From NCBI RefSeq assembly GCF_036365525.1, contig NC_090400.1, forward strand, positions 28,385,353 to 28,449,352: a stretch of 64,000 nt of DNA, written 5' to 3'. Position numbers and translations under genes: made by a program. Position 1 is the first letter of the stretch, and every line of letters starts with the position of its first letter. The notes beneath the pieces were generated by a model. The model saw only the letters and a list, made by a program, of their open reading frames with translations. It had not been told where the DNA came from and searched no databases. Below, in pieces: positions 36,332 through 49,059 of this stretch. This stretch comes from Heterodontus francisci. Lineage: Eukaryota.

Positions 36332-38739
36332 TTAATGGACTGAAAACTGAACAGCCACAAGCACAAACATGAAAAAAAAGAGAAAAAAACAGTGGGTAGG
36401 CACAGTAGAAACAAACTGAACAAACTAAAATAAATTAAACACAAAAAAAAAATAACTAAAGATAAAAGTAAAATGGGGGGCCCTTCTGCTCTGAAATTAT
36501 TGAATTCAATGTTTAGTCTGGCAGGCTGTAGCGTGCCTAATCGGTAAATGAGGTGCTGTTCCTCGAGCTTGCATTGATGTTCACTGGAACACTGCAGTAA
36601 TCCCAGGACAGAGGTGTGAGCATGAGAGCAGAGGGGGGGTGTTGAAATGGCCAGCAACCAGAAGCTCGGGGTCATGCTTTTGGACTGAGCAGAGGTGTTC
36701 CACAAAGCGGTCACCCAGTCTCCGTTTGGTCTCCCCAATGTAGAGGAGACCACATTGTGAGCAGCGAATACACTATACTACATTGAAAGAAGTACAAGTA
36801 AATCGCTGCTTCACCTGAAAGGAGTGTTTGGGGCCTTGGATAGTGAGGAGAGAGGAGGTAAATGGGCAGGTATTACATCTCATGCGCTTGCAGGAGAAGG
36901 TGCTGTGGGAAGGGGACGAGATGGTGGGGGTAATAGAGGAGTGGACCAGGGTGTCGCGGACTGAACGATCCCTTCAGAATGCTGACGGGGGAGGGAGGGG
37001 AAGATGCCTTTGGTAGTGGCATCAAGCTGGAGGTGGCGGAAATGGCGGAGGATGCTCCTTTGGATACGGAGGCTGATGGGGTGGAGAGTGAGGACAAGGG
37101 GAACCCTGTCGCAGTTCTTGGAGGGAGGGGAAGGGGTGAGGGTAGAGGTGCAGGAAATGAGCCGGACATGGTTGAGGGCCCTGTCAACCACAGTGGGGGG
37201 AATCCTTGGATGAGAAAAAAGGAAGGCATTTCAGAAGCGCTGTCATGGAAGGTAGCATCATCAGAGCAGATGCGTCGGAGACGGAGAAACTGGGAGAATG
37301 GAATGGAGTCCTTACAGGAGGCAGGGTGTGAAGAAGTGTAGTCTAGGTAGCTGTGGGAGTCGGTGGGCTTATAATGAATATTAGTAGATAGCGTATCCCC
37401 AGAGATGGAGACAGAGAAGTCGAGGAAGGGAAGGGAAGTGTCGGAGATGGACCATGTAAAGGTAAGAGAAGGGTGGAAATTTGAAACAAAGTTAATAAAG
37501 TTTTCCAGTTCGGGGTGGGAGCAGGAAGCAGGATACAGTCATTAATGTACCGGAAAAAGAGTTCAGGGAGGGGGCCTGAGTAGGATTGGAACAAGGAATA
37601 TTCGACATATCCCACAAAAAGACAGGCATAACTAGGGCCCATGCGGGTACCCATAGCAACACCTTTTACTTGAAGGATGTGAGTGGAGTTGAAGGAGAAG
37701 TTGTTCAATGTGAGAACAAGTTCAGCCAGGCAGAGGAGGGTGGCGGTGGATGGGGACGGGTTGGGCCTCTGCTCAAGGAAGAAGCGGAGAGCTTTCAGAC
37801 CGTTCTGGTGGGGGATGGAGGTGTAGAGAGATGGGACGGCCATAGTGAAGAGGAGATGGTTGGGGCCAGGAAACTGGAAATTGTCAAAATGACGTAGGGT
37901 GTCAGAAGAATCACAGATATTGGTGGGAAGAGACTGGTCCAGGGGAGGAAAGATAGAGTCAAGATAGGAAGAAATCCCATTCTTGGGATTGCTGTAGTGT
38001 TCCAGTGAATATCCACGCAAGCTCGAGGTGCAGCATCTCATTTACCGATTAGGCATGCTACACCTGCTGGACTGAACATTGAGTTCAATAATTTCAGAGC
38101 ATGATGGGCCCCCAATTTTACTTTTATCTTTAGTTATTTTTTCTTGTTTCTTTTATTTTTTGTGTTTATTTTATTTTAGTTTGTTCAGTTTGTTTCTACT
38201 GTGCCTAACCACTTTTTTTCCCCTTTTTTTCATGTTTGTGCTTGTGGCTGTTCAGTTTTTAGTCCATTAACACCCTATCTGTACTAATGCTTTGTCGTTC
38301 AACACACCATTAACATATTGTTTGCCTTTGCTCCATGACCTTCTGGTCAGTTATCCTGTGACCTTGACCTATCAATACCTTCTCTTTTGTTATCTCTTGC
38401 CCCGCTCCTGCTTTACTTGCTTAAAATCTTTTACATTTCTTAAATCTACCAGTTCTGAAGAAGGGTCACTGACCTGAAATGTTAACTCTGCTTCTCCCTC
38501 CACAGATGCTGCCAGACCTGCTGAGTTTTTCCAGCACTTTGTTTTTATTTGAGAGTCTTCTGCCATGTGGGATAGCGAATATGGTATCTACATATCATGA
38601 AGATGCTAATACACTTGACTTTGTTGTGTGTGATGTTTAGTCAGGCCCCTCCATTGGATACTTTCTCTGTCTATTGAGTGCCTTGATTTATATCTACCTT
38701 TGTGAATTATTTGTTTACCCTGATTTATTACCTCCTCCA

Positions 38740-39345
38740 CATGGCAACACGAGCAGGTCAGAGGCTGGGAATTCTGCAGCGAGTAACTCACCTCCTGACT
38801 CCCCAAAGCTTGTCCACCATCTACAAGGCACAAGTCAGGAGTGTGATGGAATACTCTACACCTGCCTGGATGAGTGCAGCTCCAACAACGCTCAAGAAGC
38901 TCAACATCCAGGACAAATCAGCCTGCTTGATTGGCACCCCATCCACCACCAGCAACATTCCCTTCCCTCCACCACTGATGCACAGTGGCAGCAATGTGTA
39001 CCATCTACAAGATGCATTGCAGCAACTCCTTCGACAGCATCTTCTAAACCCATGACCTCTACCACCTAGAAGGACAAGAGCAGCAGGTGCATGGGAACAC
39101 CACCACCTGCAAGTTCCCCTCCAAGCCACACGCCATCCTGACTTGAAACCATATCTCCGTTCCTTCACTGTCGCTGGGTCAAAATCCTGGAACTCCCTTC
39201 CTAACAGCACTGTGGGTGTACTTATTCACCATGGACTGCAGCAGTTTAAGAAGGTGACTCACCAACATCTTTTTAAGGGCAATTAGAGGTGGGCAATAAA
39301 TGCTGGCCTAGCCAGTGATGCCCACATCCTGTGAAAGAATAATAA
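38740..39345 (+). mobile_element. CR1/Jockey-group LINE 3' end (second family)
   Basis: LSTIYKAQVRSVMEYS..AW RT C-terminus and a GGGCAATAAATGCTGGCC..GCCCACATCC tail. Confidence 0.8.
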
Positions 39346-39630
39346 TAAAAAAAAAATACCAATAGTTTCTACGTGTAAACATTCATCTGTGACTTTTAAA
39401 GCAAATTGCATGGTTACTGTGAGTTTTTGTGTTCAAATTGGAAATATTATCATTTGGTAAACTGGAATGTCTGAAATGGGATTTTATTGAAAGTTGCTGT
39501 AGGTGAGGTGAGGCTTGTGGATGTAGGTCAGTCACTATTGATTGTATGTATGTATGTATGATCCACAGTTAACTTTGGTTGATTCTGATGTGTCTTATTC
39601 TTACTTTTTGATTCTTATACTTCTCTCCAG

Positions 39631-39750
39631 GAAGAACTGTTTGAGACAACAAGTGAAGAAGAATCTGGAGTGGAAGATAATACTGAAGCTGCTTCCGTCA
39701 TTGATGTAGAGGATCTGGGCAACGTTATGAACAATATGAAACGAGCAAAG
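39631..39750 (+). CDS. TYW1: TYW1 exon 7 (acidic linker)
   Basis: ctctccag acceptor, EELFETTSEEESGVEDNTEAASVIDVEDLGNVMNNMKRAK, gtatgg donor. Conserved DVEDLG motif. Confidence 0.95.
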
Positions 39751-40654
39751 GTATGGGCCCGTTTGTCATGGTGATAGGTACTGATACAATTAACCAAGGT
39801 GGTCCTCAATCAATCAGAGCTCTGGCACAAAATTAAACTAAGGTTCAGAAAGACTGGATTTAATTAATTGCTTTCAGCACAAAATAGAAATTGCCTTTAC
39901 TTTTACGTTATTTCCTCTGTCTGTGGAGAAGTGCTTCTGGCATAATTTTTCATTTTATAATTTTTGAAGTCCAGAGAACTGTGTTATTGGTAGATGGATG
40001 CAATATATGATAGCTGTTGTTTCAAAAGAATTGTTCCAGACAAGTTGAAGGAATTTTCAAAGATAAGCTTCGTAATGGCCTTAAGAATCTTAAGCTTTGT
40101 CATTGAAAGTCCCAAGTAAAAATCTTCTACGGACTTTCCAGTTTTAAATGTGTGCACAGCTACCAGTTAGGCTTGCTTGTAACCTTTGTCTTTGATGCTG
40201 CTCCTGTAAGAAAATTTCCAGTGTTAATCTGAACTTTGAGGTGTAATGCTGGACCTGTCACAGACGAATAATGAAAAGCTGCTTGGAGTGTACTTACAAG
40301 CTTTGGCCAGCGGCTAGCATGGAACAGTCTTGTTTATTTCTCTGTCATGTTTCCTGCTGTGCAAGGGAAGATAGAGAGATGTTGCAGACGGCCTCTAAAT
40401 TTTCAATATGTTCTGCATGCTTTTTTTTTTTACGAGCTGTATAGAAGGTGGTGAATGGGGTTGGAGAGGGAGTTTGTACCTCGGGAATGTTGTGGGCTAT
40501 ATTTCACAATCTTTTTATTCAGGAATTCAGGTTTGCAACCTAATATTAAAGGTCAGCTGCTTGATTCACCCTATGAAGTTTCTCATAGAATTGGGTGAGC
40601 TTCTTTCATAGAGAAAATATCATGCAGCTTTGCCAAAAGATAAAATAATTTTGT

Positions 40655-41305
40655 ACATAGAAAATAGGAGGAGGAATGGGCCTGCTCCATCATTCAAAAA
40701 AGATCATGGCTGATCTTCTAATTCATTACCCTGTTCTCGATTTCTCCCCATATCCCTTGATCCCTTTGGCATTAAGAAATATATCTATCTCCTTCTTGAA
40801 TATATTTAATGACTTGGCCTCCACTGCCTTCTGCAGTAGAGAATTCCACAGGTTCACACCCTCTGAATGAAGAAATTTCTCCTCATCTCGGTTCTAAATG
40901 GCATACCCCATATCCTGAGACTGTGACCCCTGGTTCTGGACTCCCTAGCAATTGGGAACATCCTCCCTGCATCTAGCCTGTCTAGTCCTGTTAGAATTTT
41001 ATAGGTTTCCATGAGATCCCCTCTCATTCTTCTAAACTCGAGTGAATATAGGCCTGGTCGACCCAATCTCTCCTCATATGTCAATCCTGCCATCCCAGGA
41101 ATCAGTCTAGTAAATCTTCTTTACACTCCCTCCATGGCAAGAACATCCTTCCTCAGATAAAGAGACCAAAACTGCACACAATACTCCAGATGTGGTCTCA
41201 CCAAGGCCCTGTATAACTGCAGTAAGACATCCTTGCCCCGTACTGAAATCCTCTTGCAATGAAGGCCAACTTACCATTCGCCTTCCTAACTGTTTGCTGC
41301 AGTTT
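40655..41305 (-). mobile_element. CR1-clade LINE 3' fragment
   Basis: Minus-strand YEERLGRPGLYSLEFRRMRGDL. Confidence 0.88.
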
Positions 41306-41321
41306 TGTTTTAGATTTTTTT

Positions 41322-41652
41322 TTTAGATTTAGAGATACAGCACTGAAACAGGCCCTTCGGCCCACCGAATCTGTGCCGACTATTAACCACCCATTTATAC
41401 TAATCCCATATTCCTACCACATCCTCACCTGTTCCTATATTCCCCTACCGCCTACCTATACTAGGGGCAATTTATAATGGCCAATTTACCTATCAACCTG
41501 CAAGTCTTTTGGCTGTGGGAGGAAACCGGAGCACCCGGAGAAAACCCACGCAGACACAGGGAGAACTTGCAAACTCCACACAGGCAGTACCCAGAATTGA
41601 ACCCAGGTCGCTGGAGCTGTGAGGCTTAGGTGCTAACCACTGCGCCACTGTT
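41322..41652 (-). mobile_element. HE1-type V-SINE, second copy
   Basis: Closely similar to 7950-8328 along its length. Confidence 0.9.
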
Positions 41653-42954
41653 CCCCAGCACTAATATTTGCTCATCCATTAAGCCCGTTTGTTCCTGTGT
41701 CTATTTTAATTATTGCCTCTTGGAAGTGTATCCCAATCCTTTTTTATTTTCCATGTATTGGTTAAGTAGCTTTACAGATTGGAATGTGCCTGTCAATTTC
41801 AGCTTGCAGCTCAAAAGCACCAAGCAACAATATTTCCTGTAACTGCGCAGGAACTTGCAAGTCCTCGTATAGTCTGCACACAAGTCTACCCCTTTAAGTT
41901 ATTATGTGTGCGTGGCCACGCAAAAAATTTAAAACAGTTGTGCACTTAAATAAATCACCCACACGCCAAAAAAAATTAGACGGAATGTTGCTTAGCAAGA
42001 ATATGAATTAAATGGATTTACAAGTGTGTCTATAACATCTTTTTTATGAAGTTAAGAATAATACCAGTTGTACAGGAAAAGAAAGAGTTGTAAACAACAT
42101 TGACATATCTAGTCACTTTAAATCAGTGGTCCTAATACCTTGCTCGTTACATGGTGCATCAAAAATAATATATTTATGCATAATTTTAATTAGCTGCCCC
42201 TGTAAATCCAGTCACTACTTAAGCAATCTCTGTTACAAGAAGTTTATTGAATGGAAACTTGACAGGAAAAGAGAGCCTAGTAACTCCCATAGTCAGAGAT
42301 GATTTAAGTAAAAGACCAATTACATTGTGAGTTTTGTTACTTTGTCTACTCAAGGCTTTCCACTGTAACTATTCACTGGTAGATTATTTTCTTTTTAATT
42401 GTTTAATAAATATGCTTGATATCGTAAGCTAAAAAAATATTTTGATGCAATGCCTTAATGCTTTCAAAGTGAGAACTTATGGAGGTTTAAAGAGGTATGT
42501 CACTTTTTTTAAACAATTACCAAACAGAGTTTGCCGTACATTGGGGCACATTACTGAAAAGTTACCCGGATCTCAAGGCAAGAAGAGACACTTGGAAGTG
42601 TGAGATTAGAATTGACCCATGAAGGTGACCTATTAGAGCTGAAATAATATAGCGTAAAAAGAGGCAAAAACTGAGCACGTGGTACAAATCGTTATTGTTA
42701 TAAAACAGTTTATTCTTTGACTCACAGTGACCCATACCAAGGGAGTTCTGCTGATATATTTAAAATATAAGTCTTGCATCCAGCTTGCGCCCATCTCCAG
42801 ATGCCACCATTCAAATGTGGCACAGATTCAAAAGCAATCTTTTTTCTTTGCAAAAAAAACCCACCAACTTTCCATATTATCATAACTAAATTGCAATTGT
42901 AGTTTCAAACAAGTATAGTTTTCCCTAATTCTGCTCCATATCATTCAAAGTGTT

Positions 42955-43665
42955 GGCCCAGATTTTTTGGTCAGCCGTGAATGAATGGCACCATTACACT
43001 TGCATTTTCTCACAGATATTTCTAAATGTTTTAGAACTAGAACTTATGGTGATTGGGACGTGACACCCTCTACAGGGGATTTGGAACTTTTGTCTCAACA
43101 GGGCAAGAAACTGTACCTCCTTAACCAGATCAGATTGAAGAATCCTTACTGAGACATGCAGGTCTAAACCAAGAAGGACCAATTAGAATAGTTAATTCAA
43201 TGCCAAATCATATACATAAAGCGAAATATTAGAGGGAAGGAAAGATGGGATTGAAAGAAATAAAAGGGACAGAAAATGTAAAAAGCATGTTTTTTTAATT
43301 TTTAAAATCTGAATGAATGAGACCTCACCCTTGTACAAGTTAATTTTCAGTGTCGGAGAGGTTGTTTGGCAGCAGTCAAGACTCATCACGTCGTTAAAAA
43401 TTCACTTACACTGGAATGGATAAGACCTAATTTTTTTCTAGCGTATTTAGTGGGTATCTATCATATAAGTACTGCATCTCAAGCTGTTCCAAGTGTTTGA
43501 ATACTGAGTCAAGCGAAGCTTCTGGAGGAGCAGGGCAACTCGGATGGTCACTTCCTGATTTCCGAATTTAACTGCGCATGTACAGTTGTTGGAAGTTCTA
43601 TCCAATTTACTCTTTAGGAATGGTGAGTACTGATAGCCGTTATTTTTAACTGCAAAGTCTGGGCC
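42955..43665. mobile_element. MITE, PIF/Harbinger-like
   Basis: TIRs GGCCCAGATTTT...AAAGTCTGGGCC (11/12 match) with GTT on both sides. Confidence 0.7.
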
Positions 43666-44141
43666 GTTGTAGGAGGGGGGTGTGGGGCGGTGGTCCCAGT
43701 ACAGATTCTTTTGTAACAACACTGGTTACCTACTGCTGCGACAGAGTACTTCCCACCCTTTAGTCTGAATCTGTCGAAGCAATTTATCAATTATTCTGAG
43801 TCTTAAATTTCTTTGTCCGAAAATCCAGATAAACTAGATTTACTATACTATTCTTGTCCAATTCTTTAATTATTTTCTGAAGGAATTCCAGCAGGTTTGT
43901 CAGATATGATCTATTGCTTTTGATAACTGTGCTCTTCAAATATTAATTTATGGAGTATTGTAGAAGACAGTCAAGCATTTTTGCTCTGTGGATGTTAGGC
44001 TAACTGGCCTATGATTATTAGATTCAAGCTGTTCTCCTGTTTTGAATATGGGAACTACATTTGCCATCTTCCAACCCTCAGATATTTCTCCAGGATTTAT
44101 GGAATTGTGGAAAATATATCCTCCTTTAATTCATTGGTTAC

Positions 44142-44247
44142 AGGCCAAGTGCTGGAAAATGGGATTAGAATAGATAGGCTTGATGGCCCGCACGGACACG
44201 GTGGGCCGAAGGGCCTATTTGTGTGCTGTATAACTCTGTGACTCTAT
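44142..44247 (+). mobile_element. Short HER1/CR1 tail fragment within an older CR1 remnant
   Basis: GGCCAAGTGCTGGAAAATGGGATTAGAA...TGTGCTGTATAACTCT matches ~384-485. Confidence 0.75.
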
Positions 44248-44469
44248 GGGTCACTGAGCCTCATTTACCATGTCTGGATTGTGTCTATAGCCTTTTGTTG
44301 TGAAAACTGATGAGAAGAATCTATTTGATTATTTAATGGATAAAGTCATTTTTCTGCCATACCCATATTTAATATTTTAGCTCAATTTGTCATTTAATGA
44401 ACTTACCTGTTTGATTTTTCTTCTGTTAACAGTGACTTGTTTCTCTACATCTATTACTTTGCTTTTTTT

Positions 44470-44780
44470 TATGCATTCATGTGATGAGGGCGTCACTGGC
44501 CAGGCTAGCATTTATTGTCCATCCCTAATTGACCTTGAGAAGGTAGTGGTAAACTGCCTTCTTGAACCGCTGCAGTCCATGTGGGGTAGGTACACCCACA
44601 GTGCTGTTAGGAAGGGAGTTCCAGGATTTTGACCCAGCGACAGTGAAGGAACGGAGATATAGTTCCAAGTCAGGATGGTGTGTGACTTGGAGGGGAACTT
44701 GCAGGTGGTGGTGTTCCCATGCATTTGCTGTCCTTATCCTTCTAGTTGGTAGAGGTCGCGGGTTTGGAAGGTGCCCTTAG
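44470..44780 (-). mobile_element. Second-family LINE 3' end
   Basis: Reverse complement of ~39045-39335. Confidence 0.8.
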
Positions 44781-47700
44781 TTGAATTTTCTAGGAATCTT
44801 AACCCTTTTTTTTTGTTTTCATGTACCTTTTAAAGTAAAAGAAAAGTAAACTTGCTGATGTTGGACTGAAAGATGATTGCTTTTGATCAGTGCAATGAAA
44901 AGCATTTTAGGCTTAAGGAAAGTTTTCTGCTGCTTTTAAGATTTTTACTCTCCCCTGGTCCTTCCAAAAATCAGACAAAATGTAAATGCCAAACTTGAAG
45001 TTCCTAGTGCAGAAATTTACTATTATTAAAGCTGACAATTGAACTACGTTGGTGAATGGTGTATTTATACTTTCAGAGCTAGTAAACTTTGCAGCTTGTT
45101 TAATAAATTCCATAAACTGTCTCTGGCGGGTGTTAAAAAGCAGGATTTCTTGACAGCCTGTCTGGAAAAATTCTGAATCAAATCCCAGTAATGAATAACA
45201 TTTCTCCATTGACTCATCGTGCTGACAGATAGTAAGGGAACCAGATTTGTGTCACTGAGGTAGAAGACCGTGTCACTTGTCAAATATGAATAGTAGTCTG
45301 CTTACCTTGTGGTGTCTTTCTTGGGTGTTAAATTTTAGGTCTTCAGTGGTAGATCATTGGTCACTTGATTGTGTCAGTTGCATCCTAATGAACTTTATAA
45401 GCATGCGACTTTAGTTGCTATGAACGAAAATGCTGTGTTAATAAATACTTTTACAACAAATTTTAGTTTTCTGTTCATATCCAACCTGTGTTTCGAACTT
45501 GTCATGCCTAGCGATTTTAACTAAAAAATTTTGCCTGTTTTTTCCACTGGAGGATGCTTCTACCTTTATAAATTCAAGAAGCTATAAATAAATCCTCAAT
45601 GCATCAGATGCTGCTAAAGTTCTCTATGTAATTTTAATAAATGGAATTGCAGATTGACATTCAGTTTTTTTTGTACAATGTCAAATCAATACTATCTAGG
45701 GACAGTAAGTGGTGCTGTTACTCCTGCAAACTCCTGTTTCCCAGCTTGGTTTCCCCTAACACATGATGGCGCTGCTGCTCCTTTCCCAGATCTGCTTTTG
45801 GCCCTTGAAATTTTAAAGTAGAAATTTTGGAAGAAATAAAAGTTGATAAAATGCAAGTTTGATTAACTTTTTTTGTGTGTTTATCCCATCCCTGCTCTCA
45901 ACTAAGCTGCATTTGTAGGCTTTGGCTCCTCTTTTTCTGCAGACATCAACACCTCCACCTTATTTTTTTCAGTGTTTTGGGCTTTGGTGTCCTACCTTGG
46001 GCCAATGCTCCCTCCAAACTTCACAACTGCGCAACAACCCAAAAGCCCCCACACAGGCTGCGTATAAGTCGGCCCCTTTAATTTACTGTGTGGACATGCA
46101 AAAAAATTGAAAGTGGCCACACGCTTCCAAAAAAAATTAGAGGGTACATTGGGTTGGACCACTTGCTACCTTTTGACTAGGTTTTGGTCTTTGTGAAAGT
46201 TGCAGCAGGAACAGACACCTCTTCCCCTGCCATCTTAGACCTTGGGCCTCTGGCACTATGCTGACAAACCAGCAGTTACTACTTTAAAGTGCTTTATAAC
46301 ACTACACTGCATTCATAATCATTGTAAGTTTAAGGATCTATATTTATTTATTAGCATTCTAAAAACAGTCTGATCCTCCTCTAATCCTTCCCTTATCAGC
46401 TCACCTGGACTTCCACTTCTCCCTACCGTACCCTCTGACTTACACTAATAATGTATTACAAGTCTTGCATAGAGAGAGCATCCCCTCTGAGCATCATGCC
46501 TACTTCCTGTTGGATTGTTTTGGTCTTAATGTTTTCAGTCACATGCTACTGATTGACTCTGAATTAGCAAATCCGATTGGAGATGGGGAACGTGTATCAA
46601 AAGCAAGGCAACTAAGTCGAGAAAAATATCCGTGAGAAACTACTAAGCAATCGCAAAAATAACAAATTCTGAATAACTGTTTAGGAGAACCTACCAATAA
46701 AAGAAAGATGGAGGTGAATCAATTGAATCACTCAAAACGCTTCTTCAGAAAATATTTGTTTTTTTCCCCCCAGTAACTGAAATTTAGGTTTCTAAGTTTT
46801 ATAACATAAATACAAATTTCACAATAACATATCTTTTTGGGCATCTTTTATCAAATGTTTTCACTTGAGGACCTTGGCCTGTCTCAAAAGCCTGGACTGT
46901 GACTGCTATCTGTAGTTCGATACTGTTTTTTTAGAATGTGCAGTGTCCACAATTTCCTTGATAAGCTAAGGTATGATTTATATTTCTCGGCAGAAAAGTC
47001 AGGTTTTTTTCTCTGTGTTAAAACAGTATGTAGTTTTTGAAAATGCTTTGGAATCAAACTGGATGACAATTTTGGGTAGGTTTTCATCTAATTTTTAATA
47101 TGTCTGTTGGCTTTATATGTCTCAGGCTGAGAAGAGAGTGGTTGAGAGGGATGATACCTTATTGTTTAAGTCTACAATTTGGAAGGGGAAAAACATTTCT
47201 GGACCATAAGAACAAAATGCAGTTATTTGGAATGTATTACATCCGCAGCAATTGAAAATTCCTCAGTTGACACAGGAACCAGAATGTGTCTAATTTCACT
47301 GGCATTTATCAATCACTTTGTGCTTTTTTGGGGGGAAAAAAGGATGAAAACTAAGGTTCTGACTTGTAAGCTGGCAAGTCATTGAACTCTGACCTCACCC
47401 AGTGTTTAACAGCAGCTAAATTTTGTGGCCATAAAGGGGTATAGTTTCTCCTTACTGGCAGAATTGTACCTGATGCATTATGTAGTTTAATGTTGGATTT
47501 CCATATACCAGAGCATGTCAGCTGATTATTGTGAGCAATGCCATCGAGCACCCATCAGTTTAAAGAGGTTGCGATAATATCACATTGATATATAATTTGT
47601 GTATTTATATTGCTGTCATGGACAGTGGTTTATTTACTGTTTCACTTTCTGCCAGGCCTTTGCGCTACCGTGTACAATAGCTAGATCTTTTCTTGGATTC

Positions 47701-48114
47701 TTGCTATTCAAATTCCACCTTTAAAAGACAAAGGAAAGTAGAATGATATAATTTGGAATTTGAAGTAAATTTTAGCCCTGAGATTATACTCACTGGCACA
47801 GCAGCCACCTTGCTTGCACATTATTTTTAGAACAAAGTCCGACTCATTGAAATTAGCTAACTTGATCAGCATTTGGAGAGAAAACAAAACTATTCAGTGA
47901 CCTTCCCTCCTTGTCAGACATTGGTACAGGTGGAAAAGCTTAAGTCTGACAAATTTTTACTTTACATAACATTAAATATAGCATATATAAACTGTATTTT
48001 AAGAAAAATAGATATGCACCTTTTCTCAGTCTCCAAATTGCACACTGAGTTTTAGCGCAGTGTTTGTGCTGTAACCTGTGGTAATTCTTAATTCTGTTTC
48101 CTGTGCTCTTATAG

Positions 48115-48241
48115 CAAGAAAGAGAAGCAGACGAAGAAGCTGTAAAACAAAAAACATCAAAACGTGCCGTTGGAAAAAATGAAATAGCAGAACCAAGAGA
48201 GATGATCACTCCAGCACTTAGGAATGCACTTACAAAGCAAG
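48115..48241 (+). CDS. TYW1: TYW1 exon 8
   Basis: cttatag acceptor, QEREADEEAVKQKTSKRAVGKNEIAEPREMITPALRNALTKQ+G, gtatga donor. MITPALRxALTKQG immediately precedes the radical-SAM region in TYW1. Confidence 0.96.
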
Positions 48242-49059
48242 GTATGATTGTTAAAAAAGTTACCTCTTCTTGACCAGAAATTTGTGATTTTGATTTTCCA
48301 CATTGGGAAATCCTCAAGTTTGTTTGCTCAAAGCCCAAAAGTAAATACCCTTTTTTATACAAAAAAGTAGATCACATGTGGTGTTTTTCATGGTCAGTTC
48401 TCTGCCTCTCTTTCTGTTGTCTGTCTCTCTGACACGTATCGCTATGTCTCTGTTAATCTCTTTCTCTGCATTATCTATGTGTCTTTGTGTGACTCTCTCT
48501 CTGTTTCTCGCTCTCTTGCTCTCTCTTCTTCAAATCTTTTTTCCTATAATACAAAATAGATCATTATTCATTATTTCTTATGTATTTAAACGATAGAATA
48601 AAGTTGAAAATCTCACAAGACTCGTTGAAGGAATACCATTTTGTCTCTAATTGTATAGAGCAGTATAAATTAACCTGTGTAAAGTGTTTGCTTTATGAAG
48701 AAAAAATTCTCAAAAAGCCTAGAGCAATGTAATCTTTGGTATCTGGCTACAAAGCTGTTGAGTTTAGGATTGTGTCTCATACAAATTAGCTGTGTGCTGC
48801 TCAACAGTAAAAGACTAGTTGGTATCATCAGATCACATTTAATAAATCGACTTGTAAAATTGAGCTTCCTGTCACGTGTGCAATTTAACATTTGTCTGAC
48901 TACAGTATTGGTATTTGTTTCTTGTATAATTTAATAGTTTAATTAACCCTTGAATAATTTTATTAAACCAATAACCCCATGTATGATATTATTTAACTAT
49001 TCACCCCTTGTTTGATTTTGCTAAACAAGTAACCTATTTCTTAGACAAGTGCATATGAA

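Larger units (their letters stand above)
32078..38548 (-). mobile_element. Penelope-like retroelement with inverted terminal arms, interrupted by a CR1
   Basis: Minus-strand RT (SLYTSIPH, GVAMGTRMGPSYACLF, FRYINDC) and a GIY-YIG region near 36600-36810. The right arm 37981-38548 is an inverted copy of 32078-32398 plus 36336-36610. TSD TTGAGAGTCYTC at 32066-32077 and 38549-38560. Confidence 0.92.

Noticed and set aside
47127-47210. Acceptor-like gtctcag followed by a short charged frame (AEKRVVERDD...)
   Set aside because: It reaches a stop with no good donor and has no TYW1 homology. Exons 7 and 8 already join in frame.
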